IMG/VR virus record: IMGVR_UViG_3300038595_000014
Direction: 5' to 3' (one strand)
DNA length: 64,000 nucleotides
Source: a virus
Below, one piece after another: positions 1-8,492 of the stretch. Position 1 is the stretch's first letter, and every line of letters begins with the position of its first letter. The notes below the pieces were generated by a model. The model did no database searches, was not told the origin of the DNA, and saw only the letters and a list, made by a program, of their open reading frames with translations. Position numbers and translations under genes: made by a program.

Positions 1-59
1 CTTGAACCCAGATCTGAAGCTTAGGAGGCAACTGCTCTATCCGGTTGAGCTAAGGGTGG
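1..59 (-). tRNA. tRNA-Arg (anticodon CCT), 3' end truncated by the window edge
   Basis: Minus strand reads CCACCCT-TA-GCTC-AACCGGATA-GAGC-A-GTTGC-CTCCTAA-GCTTC-AGAT-CTGGG-TTCAAG. It has a canonical D arm, a 7-nt anticodon loop with CCT and the start of a T loop. The anticodon stem has two U-U mismatches. Confidence 0.8.
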
Positions 60-82
60 CTTGTCTCTCTTTCCGTACACTC

Positions 83-111
83 AGCCTAAGATTTGATCCA
101 CGGCCAGTCAA
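83..111 (-). promoter_or_regulatory. sigma70-type promoter for the tRNA
   Basis: TTGACT-N17-TAGGCT on the minus strand, 24 nt upstream of the tRNA 5' end. Confidence 0.65.
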
Positions 112-112
112 C

Positions 113-149
113 AGAAAAAGTGAAACCCGCGAAGATTTCTCAACGCGGG
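113..149 (-). terminator. Intrinsic terminator after the RNA ligase gene
   Basis: CCCGCG/CGCGGG stem (126-131/144-149) followed by TTTCACTTTTT on the minus strand. Confidence 0.6.
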
Positions 150-157
150 CCTGTTTG

Positions 158-1090
158 TTAGATGCATTTGGCCTTGTATGCGTTAATGGCCTTGGCGTTT
201 AGGCTCTTCGCCACGTCTTTCCATTCTAGCCCCATCCCAGCCAGTTCGTCAGCGCTTTCCTTCTTGACGTCATTGCCGAACCACCTTGCGAAGTCACCGA
301 TGCGCTTGAAGTCAAATTCACCGTCACAAGCTTCGGACGCTGCTTGTTGGATACGTGCGTCAGTAATGAAGGCATCGCAGAAGGCCAACACATTGGCAGG
401 GATCTCTACCTTTGCAGTCGCTGCTGCTTTGGTTTTCTTGACCCGGTGAGCCTCACATTTCACCTTGCAAATCATTTTGGAATAGTCCTCACGACTTGCC
501 CGACGTGGCGACAAAACAAATCCCTCCCCTGGTCCTGAAATATCCCACATCGCCTTAATGTATGGATCTTCCTTGCCAATGCTTTCAGCTAGGTCGGACA
601 GCTCCTGCGCTTTAGCCCCAACATCCTTGTCGTCAAAAAGGTTTAGCTCGAACTCTTTCATAATCGGCAGGACTTCAACCCCATCGACATTAGGAACCAT
701 CTCACTGATAACCTCTGGGTCACTGCACACTTCACCAGTGCTTAGGTCTTGGATCGCAAAGACAAAGAACATCTTCTTAGCAATGTTGCTTACTGCGTCA
801 CTCTTTTGGACACCCGGTCCAGCCCATTCTCCGTAAACGGCACAGTTCATCGGGAAGTCGCTTGGGTTCAGAGTGTCCACAAAGCCTGCAAAGCCAAAGT
901 TGTCGTCTCCAACCTTAATGATCCGGCTGCGAGACTGAGCGTAAAGTCCGCCCTCATCTCGAACAATTGCAGCGTTAGTCCCGTGCAGTTTGATTTTCGC
1001 AATAAAGTTTCGCTCAGTCATTCCGTATCGACGTGCATTTTTCACAAAGTGAGAAAAGCTTTCGACGCTTGGGTACTTATGAAATTCCAT
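158..1090 (-). CDS. RNA ligase, Rnl2 family
   Basis: Nucleotidyltransferase motif I KIKLHGTN, plus VYGEWAGPGVQK and EGFVL, matching T4 Rnl2 motifs (KIHGTN, GEFAGPGIQK, EGYV). Confidence 0.8.
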   Translation of the reverse strand: MEFHKYPSVESFSHFVKNARRYGMTERNFIAKIKLHGTNAAIVRDEGGLYAQSRSRIIKVGDDNFGFAGFVDTLNPSDFPMNCAVYGEWAGPGVQKSDAVSNIAKKMFFVFAIQDLSTGEVCSDPEVISEMVPNVDGVEVLPIMKEFELNLFDDKDVGAKAQELSDLAESIGKEDPYIKAMWDISGPGEGFVLSPRRASREDYSKMICKVKCEAHRVKKTKAAATAKVEIPANVLAFCDAFITDARIQQAASEACDGEFDFKRIGDFARWFGNDVKKESADELAGMGLEWKDVAKSLNAKAINAYKAKCI

Positions 1091-1142
1091 GTCAGTTCTC
1101 CTGTTTGTTAACTCTTGTCAGCTTCGGTGTAGGCGCTGGGCG

Positions 1143-1922
1143 TCATACTGAGATAGGCGCTTTAATGACTGGATGTGGGTCATATCCAATCAGCTCAAAG
1201 TCCTCATACTTGAATGCAAAGATGTCGCTGACCTCTGGGTTTGTCCACATTCCCGGAAGGGGCTTAGAGCAACGTGACAGTTGCAACTCCACTTGCTCAA
1301 CATGGTTCAAGTAGATATGAGCGTCACCAATCGTGTGAATAAGCTCACCAGGCTTATACCCAGTCACTTGAGCAATCATCATTTGCAGAAGCGCATATGA
1401 GGCGATATTGAATGGAACGCCCAAGAACATATCCGCAGACCGCTGGTACAGTTGCATATGCAGCTTCTCGCCAATAATGCGAACCTGCCATAGCGTATGG
1501 CATGGGGGCAAGGCCATCTCAGGCACATCGGCAGGATTCCATGCGGATACGATTAATCGCCTACTGTTCGGTGACGAATTAATGTCCTTTACCAGCCGTG
1601 CGATTTGGTCAACCCCGCCAAAGTCACGCCATTGCTTGCCGTATACTGGCCCTAGATCTCCATTGTCATCAGCCCACTCATCCCAGATAGAAACGCTATT
1701 GTCTTGCAGGTACTTGATGTTGGTTTCGCCAGACAAGAACCACAGGAGTTCATGGATGATAGACTTTAGATGTACGCGCTTGGTGGTGACGATTGGGAAT
1801 CCATCGCTCAAATCATATCGTGACTGCATCCCGAAGTGGGATATTGTGCCCGTTCCAGTCCTATCATCGCATACCGTCCCGTTTTCTAGAATGAACTGCA
1901 ACGCATCATGATACTGTTTCAT
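1143..1922 (-). CDS. thyA: Thymidylate synthase (ThyA)
   Basis: [23 protein letters not shown] (catalytic Cys), [19 protein letters not shown]. Confidence 0.97.
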   Translation of the reverse strand: MKQYHDALQFILENGTVCDDRTGTGTISHFGMQSRYDLSDGFPIVTTKRVHLKSIIHELLWFLSGETNIKYLQDNSVSIWDEWADDNGDLGPVYGKQWRDFGGVDQIARLVKDINSSPNSRRLIVSAWNPADVPEMALPPCHTLWQVRIIGEKLHMQLYQRSADMFLGVPFNIASYALLQMMIAQVTGYKPGELIHTIGDAHIYLNHVEQVELQLSRCSKPLPGMWTNPEVSDIFAFKYEDFELIGYDPHPVIKAPISV

Positions 1923-2116
1923 CCTCTAAACATCTCCTTGTGCGGCTCAAAGTCTCCACACTTGTCACTGAAGTCACTAAACGCAATCGGCGCGTTGTCT
2001 GGGTCATGTGACCACCACTTACGCGCGCCCTCTGCGACATCTGGCGAAAAGTTGCGGGGACATTTTCGGTTGACGCACTCCGCACTGCAAAACGTCTTGT
2101 CCAGATAACAGATCAT
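1919..2116 (-). CDS. Hypothetical Cys-rich protein
   Basis: 65-aa ORF, translationally coupled to its neighbours. Confidence 0.6.
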   Translation of the reverse strand: MICYLDKTFCSAECVNRKCPRNFSPDVAEGARKWWSHDPDNAPIAFSDFSDKCGDFEPHKEMFRG

Positions 2117-2283
2117 TCATTATCCACCCTGTCTAAAATTTCTAGCGCCTGAGATGGGAACACGTTTTCCACCCAGTCCCTGTATTCTTCATGCAACTGC
2201 TCTGCGATAGCCCCGCTTTCCTTTACGCCCCAATGGTATAGGACTGACTCAAATCTCTCTTGCAGCGTCAAATCTTTAGCCAT
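2113..2283 (-). CDS. Hypothetical protein (56 aa, MAKDLTLQERF...)
   Basis: Read manually; below the ORF-track cut-off; ATGA overlap with the downstream gene. Confidence 0.6.
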   Translation of the reverse strand: MAKDLTLQERFESVLYHWGVKESGAIAEQLHEEYRDWVENVFPSQALEILDRVDNE

Positions 2284-2420
2284 TAGAACACAGGCTCCCC
2301 ATCCTTAATCCAGTATTGCAGATTGGCAATCACAACCCCGTTTCGGTCATACACATACGGGGCTTCCTTTGTGGACAACATTCCTTGCGCGTGCAAATCA
2401 GCGCTCATGTCTGGTGGCAT
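2283..2420 (-). CDS. Hypothetical protein (45 aa, MPPDMSAD...)
   Basis: AGGAG RBS before the ATG at 2420; stop overlaps the next start. Confidence 0.55.
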   Translation of the reverse strand: MPPDMSADLHAQGMLSTKEAPYVYDRNGVVIANLQYWIKDGEPVF

Positions 2421-2457
2421 TTTATTATCTCCTCTATGTAAGTGACCTAATTCATTT

Positions 2458-2733
2458 TCACTGGAGCAGGCTAATAACGTAGCCCATGCCAAAGAACATG
2501 GTGACTTTAACAACCGTGCTCAAAGTCACCATCCACAGATTGTCATTTTCGTCATCGACACTTTGGATGACAAGCAAGGTAATAAGAGTAGTGATCCCCC
2601 ATGAGTATACAAACTCAAGCTGGTGAAAGTTGAACGCCGGGACAACATGCCAGTTGAATAGCTTCATAACTACAAACGCTTTGTACATCGACAGTGGGAA
2701 CCAAAGCGCAATCGCGGTCAAAAATTTAAGCAT
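2458..2733 (-). CDS. Small multi-pass membrane protein
   Basis: 91 aa with three hydrophobic segments. Confidence 0.6.
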   Translation of the reverse strand: MLKFLTAIALWFPLSMYKAFVVMKLFNWHVVPAFNFHQLEFVYSWGITTLITLLVIQSVDDENDNLWMVTLSTVVKVTMFFGMGYVISLLQ

Positions 2734-2790
2734 CTTTTCTCTCCTAAGTGTTAGACCTACCCCATTTCTAGAGTAGGTCTGTGTTGCTGT

Positions 2791-5646
2791 CTAGGTCAAA
2801 TCTACGATTTCACAAACTCCGGCGCTACAGGCTAGAGTGCTAGACCCTTTGGTCGTGTCTTCGCGCTCGAACTCAGCTAGGCCAGACCAGTCAATCGCGC
2901 TGGGCATCTTGGCAAGCATGGCCTCGTATTCCTCGCGTGTGCAGTCCTGATATGGTGCCTGCTGGTACGTGTGATCCGAGTGAGGCAGGAAGCTAATCCC
3001 GCTAACCTCATCAAAGTGCTTGTAGACCCAAGCGCCAACTTCAAGCCACTCATGATCTCGCACAGAAACCGTAACAGACGGCTTATGCTCACACCAGTGA
3101 CGCTGATATGTCAGCCAGAACTCAAGCTGTTCCAGGGCTGTCATGTCGTTGCGCGTGATAGCACCTTCTGGCGACTTCATAGGGAAGCTGAAAACCGTAG
3201 TGGTATCAGGCTTCATCACGTCAGGCTCATTGGGAATGCCCTGCGACTTCATGAACTCCGTCAGCGGATCTTTGTTGTCACCTCGAACAGTTCGGATGTA
3301 GTAGTCGCTGTGACGCGCGTGGATGCCGCTTGCGGTATCTGTTAGCTGGCTAACCGTTCCCGATGGCTTCACACACGTGATAGCTGCCGACTGTGGAATG
3401 CCAAGGCGTTCTGCCCATTCCTTGTTGGTGTCGATTGCGGTTTGGCGGAGGGTGTCCAAAACTCGCGGCAGAGGGGGCTCTGAGTAACCGCACATGCCTA
3501 CATCATTAAGTACTGAACAATCCATAATACCTGTTAGGCTTACACCAAGAAGGCGCTCCTCTTCAGTATTCTCACGCCAAATATCGCGCAGATACGGGAA
3601 GTGGGTGTAGGTGCTTTGGATGGTGCCAAGGATGGTGGCCAGTTTTACCTTTCGTTTCAGGTCTTCAAGCGTATCATCTGCACGGCATACTACCTCTGTT
3701 AGATTGCAAAAGGAATACGGGCGCAAGATAATTTCACTATTTCCTGTCACAATGCCATTAAATGTCCCGCGCGACGTTTCAGGCTCAGTGAAGCAATACG
3801 TCATCTCATAGCGGTCAAGAGGCTCAATCGAAGCAACGCGAACAAACCGACGCGCATCACGCTGAGGGCTTTTGCCATTGTGATCAAGTCGGCTCAGGTT
3901 AAGACCCATTTCCATGAGGTCGTAAGCGTCAGAGCTGTTAATCAGGATGCGCTTTGACTCTTTGCAGAAGTACTCCTTCATGCCGCCGCGACCGTCAGGC
4001 ATTTCACGATAGCCAGCGGGTGCTGCAGCTACAACCTTGGCTCGGACTCCCATAGTGGTAAGCATGAGGCGAAGGCGGTCCAGAAAATCGTGGTCAACAG
4101 ACGCCAACTGGAACGAAACGCCATGTGTGCTGCGTAGAATTGTTCCGTCAGCATCAAGAAGCCCAGCCAGCCAGTTCAAGCGATATTCCAGCGTTGCATC
4201 CATAGGCACGAATGACTTGTCCATCATAGGCCCGTGATTCCACACTTTGCGCTCAGTTTTCGAACCGTCTGGGTAAACTTTGCCAATCAAGCGGTCAATG
4301 CATGGATACTTAGGCTCATAGACCCAAGAGCGTGTCATGCCCTTGTTGCCATCCCCGGAGTAGAAGCCTTGAGAGTAAGCATCAATCTGGGGATCATTGT
4401 CACCTTCAACGACAGGCATATCAAACTTTTCAAGCTTGTCGCCAACTTTGATATCGCTGGTCTCGACAAAACCCTTCCCGTCAATCACCCAGCGGTGATT
4501 CCAGGTACAATCAAGATATGATCCATCAGTCAATGTGACGCGAACAAGGTCAGCTTCACCGGCAGCATATGGAACTACAGTGGCCCAGTTTTCACCGTTC
4601 CAGATTTCAGTTTCCTCGCCAACAGTTTCAACGATTGGCTTGTATCCGCTGGACGTCAGGATTTCGGTCTCAGGCGAGCAACAGCATGGATTTGTCCCGA
4701 AGTCCCAATCAGTATCACGGCGACCATTCTTAGCAGCCTGATTAACGCTTGCTTGCCGATTGAAGATGCCGCGCTCACCGGACTTGCTTTCCATCAGGGC
4801 CAGCCATTCACGCATAAAGCTTTCCGCGTCGGGCTTGTCGGTGAATGCAACGGAGTTGTTGGCAAGAGCGCGCTGAGGATCAGTCACCCACCACTGGCCT
4901 GACTTGGCATGGCGCATACGGTCATCACTGAGGTTGCTGAGGCTAATCATAGCAGAGCGACGAACGCCACCCACAACCACAATCTCGCCAATCTTACACA
5001 TCAGGTCGTGACACTCGATGGATGTCAGCTTGCGGCCCTGTGCTTTCTTGAATACGCCAATGGTGAAGTTAAACAGATCAACCAGCGGATCAGGGCCAGA
5101 AGCGCGACCGCCAAATGTCTTGAGCTTGGCACCTGCGGGGCGGACTGCAGACACGTCCCACGTGGGGGTATGACCGGACCACAAGTGTTCTAGCAGTTCA
5201 CGATATGATTTGGCCCATCCCTCCTTACTGTCTTCAACGACAATAACCGGCACATCACCATCCATCTTCTCAGGCACTTCTGGAAGCTTGTTTACATACT
5301 GCCGCTCAACACTGAAGCCCACGCCAGTGCCACACAGCAGGATAAACATTGCCTCATCAAACGAGCGCGGATGATCTACTGGCAGGTATGAGCAGTTGTA
5401 GATGCAAGTATTGTCTCGATCAGCAGCAGGACCAGCGGTCATCAGTGCGCGCATCGACGGGGCAGTTTCCAGACCACGAATAGCTTGGCTCAGTTCTTCA
5501 ACAGTCTCGGCATCAGCGCCAGACGGAACGACGATATTCTCAATATATCGGTCTACAGTTTCATCCCAAGTTTCTCGCCGGTTTTCTTCTGGCAGCCATC
5601 GTGCATAGCGGCTTACCGCGATAAACTTCTGATAGTCATTCATCAA
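2791..5646 (-). CDS. nrdJ: Class II (adenosylcobalamin-dependent) ribonucleotide reductase, interrupted by an intein
   Basis: PSMRALMTAG, YNCSYLP, GGVRRSAMISLS, GTNPC...SEI, CNLTEV, TCVKPSGT and C-terminal LACSAGVCE. No beta-subunit gene is present. Confidence 0.93.
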   Translation of the reverse strand: MMNDYQKFIAVSRYARWLPEENRRETWDETVDRYIENIVVPSGADAETVEELSQAIRGLETAPSMRALMTAGPAADRDNTCIYNCSYLPVDHPRSFDEAMFILLCGTGVGFSVERQYVNKLPEVPEKMDGDVPVIVVEDSKEGWAKSYRELLEHLWSGHTPTWDVSAVRPAGAKLKTFGGRASGPDPLVDLFNFTIGVFKKAQGRKLTSIECHDLMCKIGEIVVVGGVRRSAMISLSNLSDDRMRHAKSGQWWVTDPQRALANNSVAFTDKPDAESFMREWLALMESKSGERGIFNRQASVNQAAKNGRRDTDWDFGTNPCCCSPETEILTSSGYKPIVETVGEETEIWNGENWATVVPYAAGEADLVRVTLTDGSYLDCTWNHRWVIDGKGFVETSDIKVGDKLEKFDMPVVEGDNDPQIDAYSQGFYSGDGNKGMTRSWVYEPKYPCIDRLIGKVYPDGSKTERKVWNHGPMMDKSFVPMDATLEYRLNWLAGLLDADGTILRSTHGVSFQLASVDHDFLDRLRLMLTTMGVRAKVVAAAPAGYREMPDGRGGMKEYFCKESKRILINSSDAYDLMEMGLNLSRLDHNGKSPQRDARRFVRVASIEPLDRYEMTYCFTEPETSRGTFNGIVTGNSEIILRPYSFCNLTEVVCRADDTLEDLKRKVKLATILGTIQSTYTHFPYLRDIWRENTEEERLLGVSLTGIMDCSVLNDVGMCGYSEPPLPRVLDTLRQTAIDTNKEWAERLGIPQSAAITCVKPSGTVSQLTDTASGIHARHSDYYIRTVRGDNKDPLTEFMKSQGIPNEPDVMKPDTTTVFSFPMKSPEGAITRNDMTALEQLEFWLTYQRHWCEHKPSVTVSVRDHEWLEVGAWVYKHFDEVSGISFLPHSDHTYQQAPYQDCTREEYEAMLAKMPSAIDWSGLAEFEREDTTKGSSTLACSAGVCEIVDLT
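3739..4683 (-). mobile_element. Intein (315 aa) with LAGLIDADG homing endonuclease in nrdJ
   Basis: Starts CCSPETEILT after GTNPC and ends GIVTGN before SEIILRP; removal restores NPCSEI. Endonuclease motifs QGFYSGDG and WLAGLLDADG. Confidence 0.92.
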
Positions 5647-5742
5647 AGTTTCAATTCCTTCTCTATGATGTTCAAGATGGCCTTACGCGCCTGAACTTCG
5701 GGCACGACATAGTGTCGCCGTTTCAATTTCTGCGCCATCACT

Positions 5743-6219
5743 TCACAGCGCCACGAATGTTTTGAACATAAGCCACTTAGCACAGTGGTTATATGCGTCA
5801 ATGCCAATGCCGTGATCTGCGTTTACAAGGAATGCGCGCTTATGATCAATCTTGACATCATCCAAAGCGACCCAGAGCATGTTGTCTGTTTTGTTGCGGT
5901 CTAGCCACTCATTGATTGCAGTCAGCCTGTCTACATCTGGGTAGACCGTATGCATATCCTCATGTAGGTCATCACCAAATCCAGCGGCTACAAATTGATT
6001 GATCAGCCCTGGAATCCTGCCGTGTTGATGGAGATGCCTATTGTGAGTCGTGTTGAACACAATCTTAGCGCCCGACGCATCAATGATTTTCCGCAAAACA
6101 GCGACACACCTATCGTCTAGCTCCTGCTCCCAGGAGGCCATCTTGTTGAACAGAAATGACGTGTATGGAATCATAGGTCCATCAATGTCTAGGAATATTA
6201 CTTTATCCGGCATCTTCAC
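5743..6219 (-). CDS. HAD-superfamily phosphatase (resembles the Swiss Army Knife RNA-repair HAD family)
   Basis: IFLDIDG motif I and WVALDD motif IV in a 158-aa stand-alone domain. Confidence 0.7.
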   Translation of the reverse strand: MKMPDKVIFLDIDGPMIPYTSFLFNKMASWEQELDDRCVAVLRKIIDASGAKIVFNTTHNRHLHQHGRIPGLINQFVAAGFGDDLHEDMHTVYPDVDRLTAINEWLDRNKTDNMLWVALDDVKIDHKRAFLVNADHGIGIDAYNHCAKWLMFKTFVAL

Positions 6220-6650
6220 TCTCCCGTTGACCCGAAACCGCCGGTCCCGCGCTCTGTTTGTTTTTCAATCTCTTCAACCTCAACAATGTTGGTTTCGACA
6301 TTCTTGACCAGCATAGCTTGTGCAATCCGCTCGCCTACTTTGGGGAAGTACAAAAAGATCCCGGCTGTGCCATCATATGTCAGCTTAACTTTGACCTCGC
6401 CAAGGTAATCCGCATCAATCACCCCAACCGCATTAGCAAGACGCATATCGCCCTTAAACCCATGCCCGCTGCGGCTGTAGATCTTCACATGGTACCCGTC
6501 CGGGATATCCATGATAAGACCGGTTCCGTATGTCGCGGTATTCCCACGGATTTCACGCGACACTGCCACCAGATCAAAGCAAGCCGCGCCATCAGTCTGG
6601 AACGCAGGAATCTCCGCGTCTTCATGAATGCGCTTAATTCGCAGATCCAT
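6216..6650 (-). CDS. dut: dUTPase (trimeric)
   Basis: ACFDL, YSRSG, GVIDADYLGEV, RIAQ, RGTGGFGSTG. Start reassigned to the ATG at 6650 (AAGGAG RBS). Confidence 0.95.
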   Translation of the reverse strand: MDLRIKRIHEDAEIPAFQTDGAACFDLVAVSREIRGNTATYGTGLIMDIPDGYHVKIYSRSGHGFKGDMRLANAVGVIDADYLGEVKVKLTYDGTAGIFLYFPKVGERIAQAMLVKNVETNIVEVEEIEKQTERGTGGFGSTGE

Positions 6651-6782
6651 ATATAGTACTCCTTTATCAGGGTGAACGCCAAATGTAGCCGAAAACAGCC
6701 AAAACGGCAAGTCATCACGCCGCGTAAAACGCACTATTAGACGTGACAAAATGTGACCTGATTGACTCTCCTCGTGCCATCA

Positions 6783-6811
6783 CCACTACCACCGTAAATA
6801 GCGCCGGTCAA
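6783..6811 (-). promoter_or_regulatory. Putative sigma70 promoter for the nucleotide-metabolism operon
   Basis: TTGACC-N17-TAGTGG in the divergent intergenic region. Confidence 0.45.
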
Positions 6812-6874
6812 CGCAAAACCGCTATACTTCCGGTTTATGTCGTGCTATCCATATAGCAGAGCAATGGAGGTCAC

Positions 6875-7105
6875 ATGACAGAAGAACAGAAGATCAATGT
6901 CCGCGTAGGTCAGAACATCCGGAACATCCGCAAGGAGCGCGGATTGAGCCAGGGGCAGACGGGCAAGCTAATCGGGGTCAGCTTTCAGCAGATCCAGAAG
7001 TATGAGACTGGCACAAACCGTGTGAGCGCGCCGAAGCTGGTTCTACTGGCTAGGGAGTTGGACGTGTCGCTTATGGACTTGTTTGAAGGCGTGGAGGGTG
7101 TGTAA
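6875..7105 (+). CDS. XRE-family HTH transcriptional regulator
   Basis: GLSQ...GVSFQQIQKYETGTNRVSA, a typical alphaproteobacterial XRE signature. Confidence 0.9.
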   Translation: MTEEQKINVRVGQNIRNIRKERGLSQGQTGKLIGVSFQQIQKYETGTNRVSAPKLVLLARELDVSLMDLFEGVEGV

Positions 7106-7404
7106 TGGCTAAGATCTACCTATCAGGCCCAATGACCGGACTGCCTGAACACAACTACCCGCGCTTTCATGAGGTGGCGGCTAAACTGCGCGATGAAGGC
7201 CATGACGTATACAACCCGGCGGAGTATGCGTGGGAGGGTGAATTTCCCATCCGTACTGCGTTTGCCGAATATACGTCTGTCATCTGCACGTGGGCGGACA
7301 CGATTGTATTGCTGGAGGGCTGGCAAGACTCGCGCGGCGTTGCTGTTGAGCTGCTGCTGGCTGAGATTTGTGGACTAACGGTGAAGGAATGGAGCGATGA
7401 CTGA
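7105..7404 (+). CDS. DUF4406-like protein (nucleoside deoxyribosyltransferase-like fold)
   Basis: KIYLSGPMTGLPEHNYPRF...LLEGWQDSRG..E pattern. Confidence 0.75.
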   Translation: MAKIYLSGPMTGLPEHNYPRFHEVAAKLRDEGHDVYNPAEYAWEGEFPIRTAFAEYTSVICTWADTIVLLEGWQDSRGVAVELLLAEICGLTVKEWSDD

Positions 7405-7741
7405 GCAAAATATTTTGGCTGTCCTTTTTGCTTTCTTTTTATGTGCAGCCTACTTTTGTAGGAAGGAGAGCGAGAAAAGGGCTAGGCGAAGATCAAAAGA
7501 GCTGGCTAGAACTATACAAGAAGTTGGGAAACAGGAGATGGAACAGATGAAGACTAACAACGGTCACGGGCTTGAATGCCTGCACATGACATACGTACTG
7601 CGCGACATGCTTCACACATATGTAGAGGACACTCTGTGGGTCGGGGCGCATCCTGAACTGCGAGAAGCCATTGACAATGCGTCTGACGCGCTGGGCGTTC
7701 TGTATCAGGAAATCGGCAAGAGTATGCCTGACGATAAGTAA
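7397..7741 (+). CDS. Hypothetical protein with N-terminal hydrophobic segment
   Basis: 114-aa ORF coupled to the upstream gene and followed by a terminator. Confidence 0.6.
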   Translation: MTEQNILAVLFAFFLCAAYFCRKESEKRARRRSKELARTIQEVGKQEMEQMKTNNGHGLECLHMTYVLRDMLHTYVEDTLWVGAHPELREAIDNASDALGVLYQEIGKSMPDDK

Positions 7742-7779
7742 TAAAAAGCCCCCGCCGATTGAGCGGGGGTTCTTCTTAT
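7742..7779. terminator. Bidirectional intrinsic terminator between convergent units
   Basis: AAAAAGCCCCCGC...GCGGGGGTTCTTCTT. Confidence 0.8.
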
Positions 7780-7862
7780 GCGCCTAACGTTCACTCTAGG
7801 TTACGCTATCCCGGATTAACGTTCTGTTTAAGTTACGTTAGCCGGAGTATCATGCGCATAGA

Positions 7863-8039
7863 TCATACGCATTTGCCTTCTAGCCAAGCGCGACCTTGTT
7901 TAGTCAGATATGCAAAGCCTAGCGCCCATCCTGTAAGGCCCTCTTGATTCAATTGGCAATACTGTGAATACCATCGCTTGTGGCAAGCATTAGGTGATTT
8001 TGCTAGGTACAAAAGTCTACGACGCCTAGTGTCATTCAC
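7863..8039 (-). CDS. Hypothetical protein (58 aa)
   Basis: GTG start at 8039 with GGGAGG RBS. Confidence 0.45.
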   Translation of the reverse strand: MNDTRRRRLLYLAKSPNACHKRWYSQYCQLNQEGLTGWALGFAYLTKQGRAWLEGKCV

Positions 8040-8301
8040 GACTAGCAGCCTCCCCAGCCAATGCAGCATACGCAGCCCCATCAATAAAGCTGTCCGCCCG
8101 ATAGCCGCCCTGGTTGGATCGCACCAGCTTCAGCACCTCCATAAACTGCCAGCCCTGTTGCTCTGTCATGGAAACGCCTGTGATGGCTTGGAACGCTGTG
8201 ACGGTTGCCGCCATGCTGCGCTCGCCTTCAGGCTTGTCATAAGTCTTGGCTCGGTCTTCCATTTCCGATGCCGCTTGTTTCAGTACTTCATTTGCCTTCA
8301 T
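8032..8301 (-). CDS. DUF6378-like protein
   Basis: RAKTYD...F....MEVLKLVR.......DSFIDGAAYAAL pattern; start reassigned to MKANE (GGAG RBS). Confidence 0.75.
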   Translation of the reverse strand: MKANEVLKQAASEMEDRAKTYDKPEGERSMAATVTAFQAITGVSMTEQQGWQFMEVLKLVRSNQGGYRADSFIDGAAYAALAGEAASRE

Positions 8302-8482
8302 CTTTGATCTCCGCTTCTGCATGGTATGTTTCTGTGACCCTAAACAGGGAAGACAAGGGATATTTTTCAACGTATCCATCCATTTGGACGCAATACATCT
8401 CACCCTTTGTATAAGTGTTTACGCAAACCCTTTTTATTGGCTGGCTAGTCTCATTTCTGTGGATGTTCACAATCATTCTCAT
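8288..8482 (-). CDS. Hypothetical protein (64 aa, MRMIVNIHRNETSQP...)
   Basis: AGGAG RBS before the ATG at 8482; fills the gap between neighbours. Confidence 0.6.
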   Translation of the reverse strand: MRMIVNIHRNETSQPIKRVCVNTYTKGEMYCVQMDGYVEKYPLSSLFRVTETYHAEAEIKDEGK

Positions 8483-8492
8483 GTTTAATCTC

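Noticed and set aside
2-202. 66-aa + strand ORF at the window start
   Set aside because: It is the reverse complement of the tRNA, its promoter and a terminator.
6875-7105. Lysogeny module inferred from the XRE regulator
   Set aside because: No integrase, excisionase, parA/parB pair or att-like site in the window; lifestyle cannot be called.
7804-7821. TTAA...TTAA as a CtrA box
   Set aside because: Spacing is 8, not 7, and the site lies downstream of convergent genes. The late motifs have N4 spacing, so none is a canonical CtrA site.
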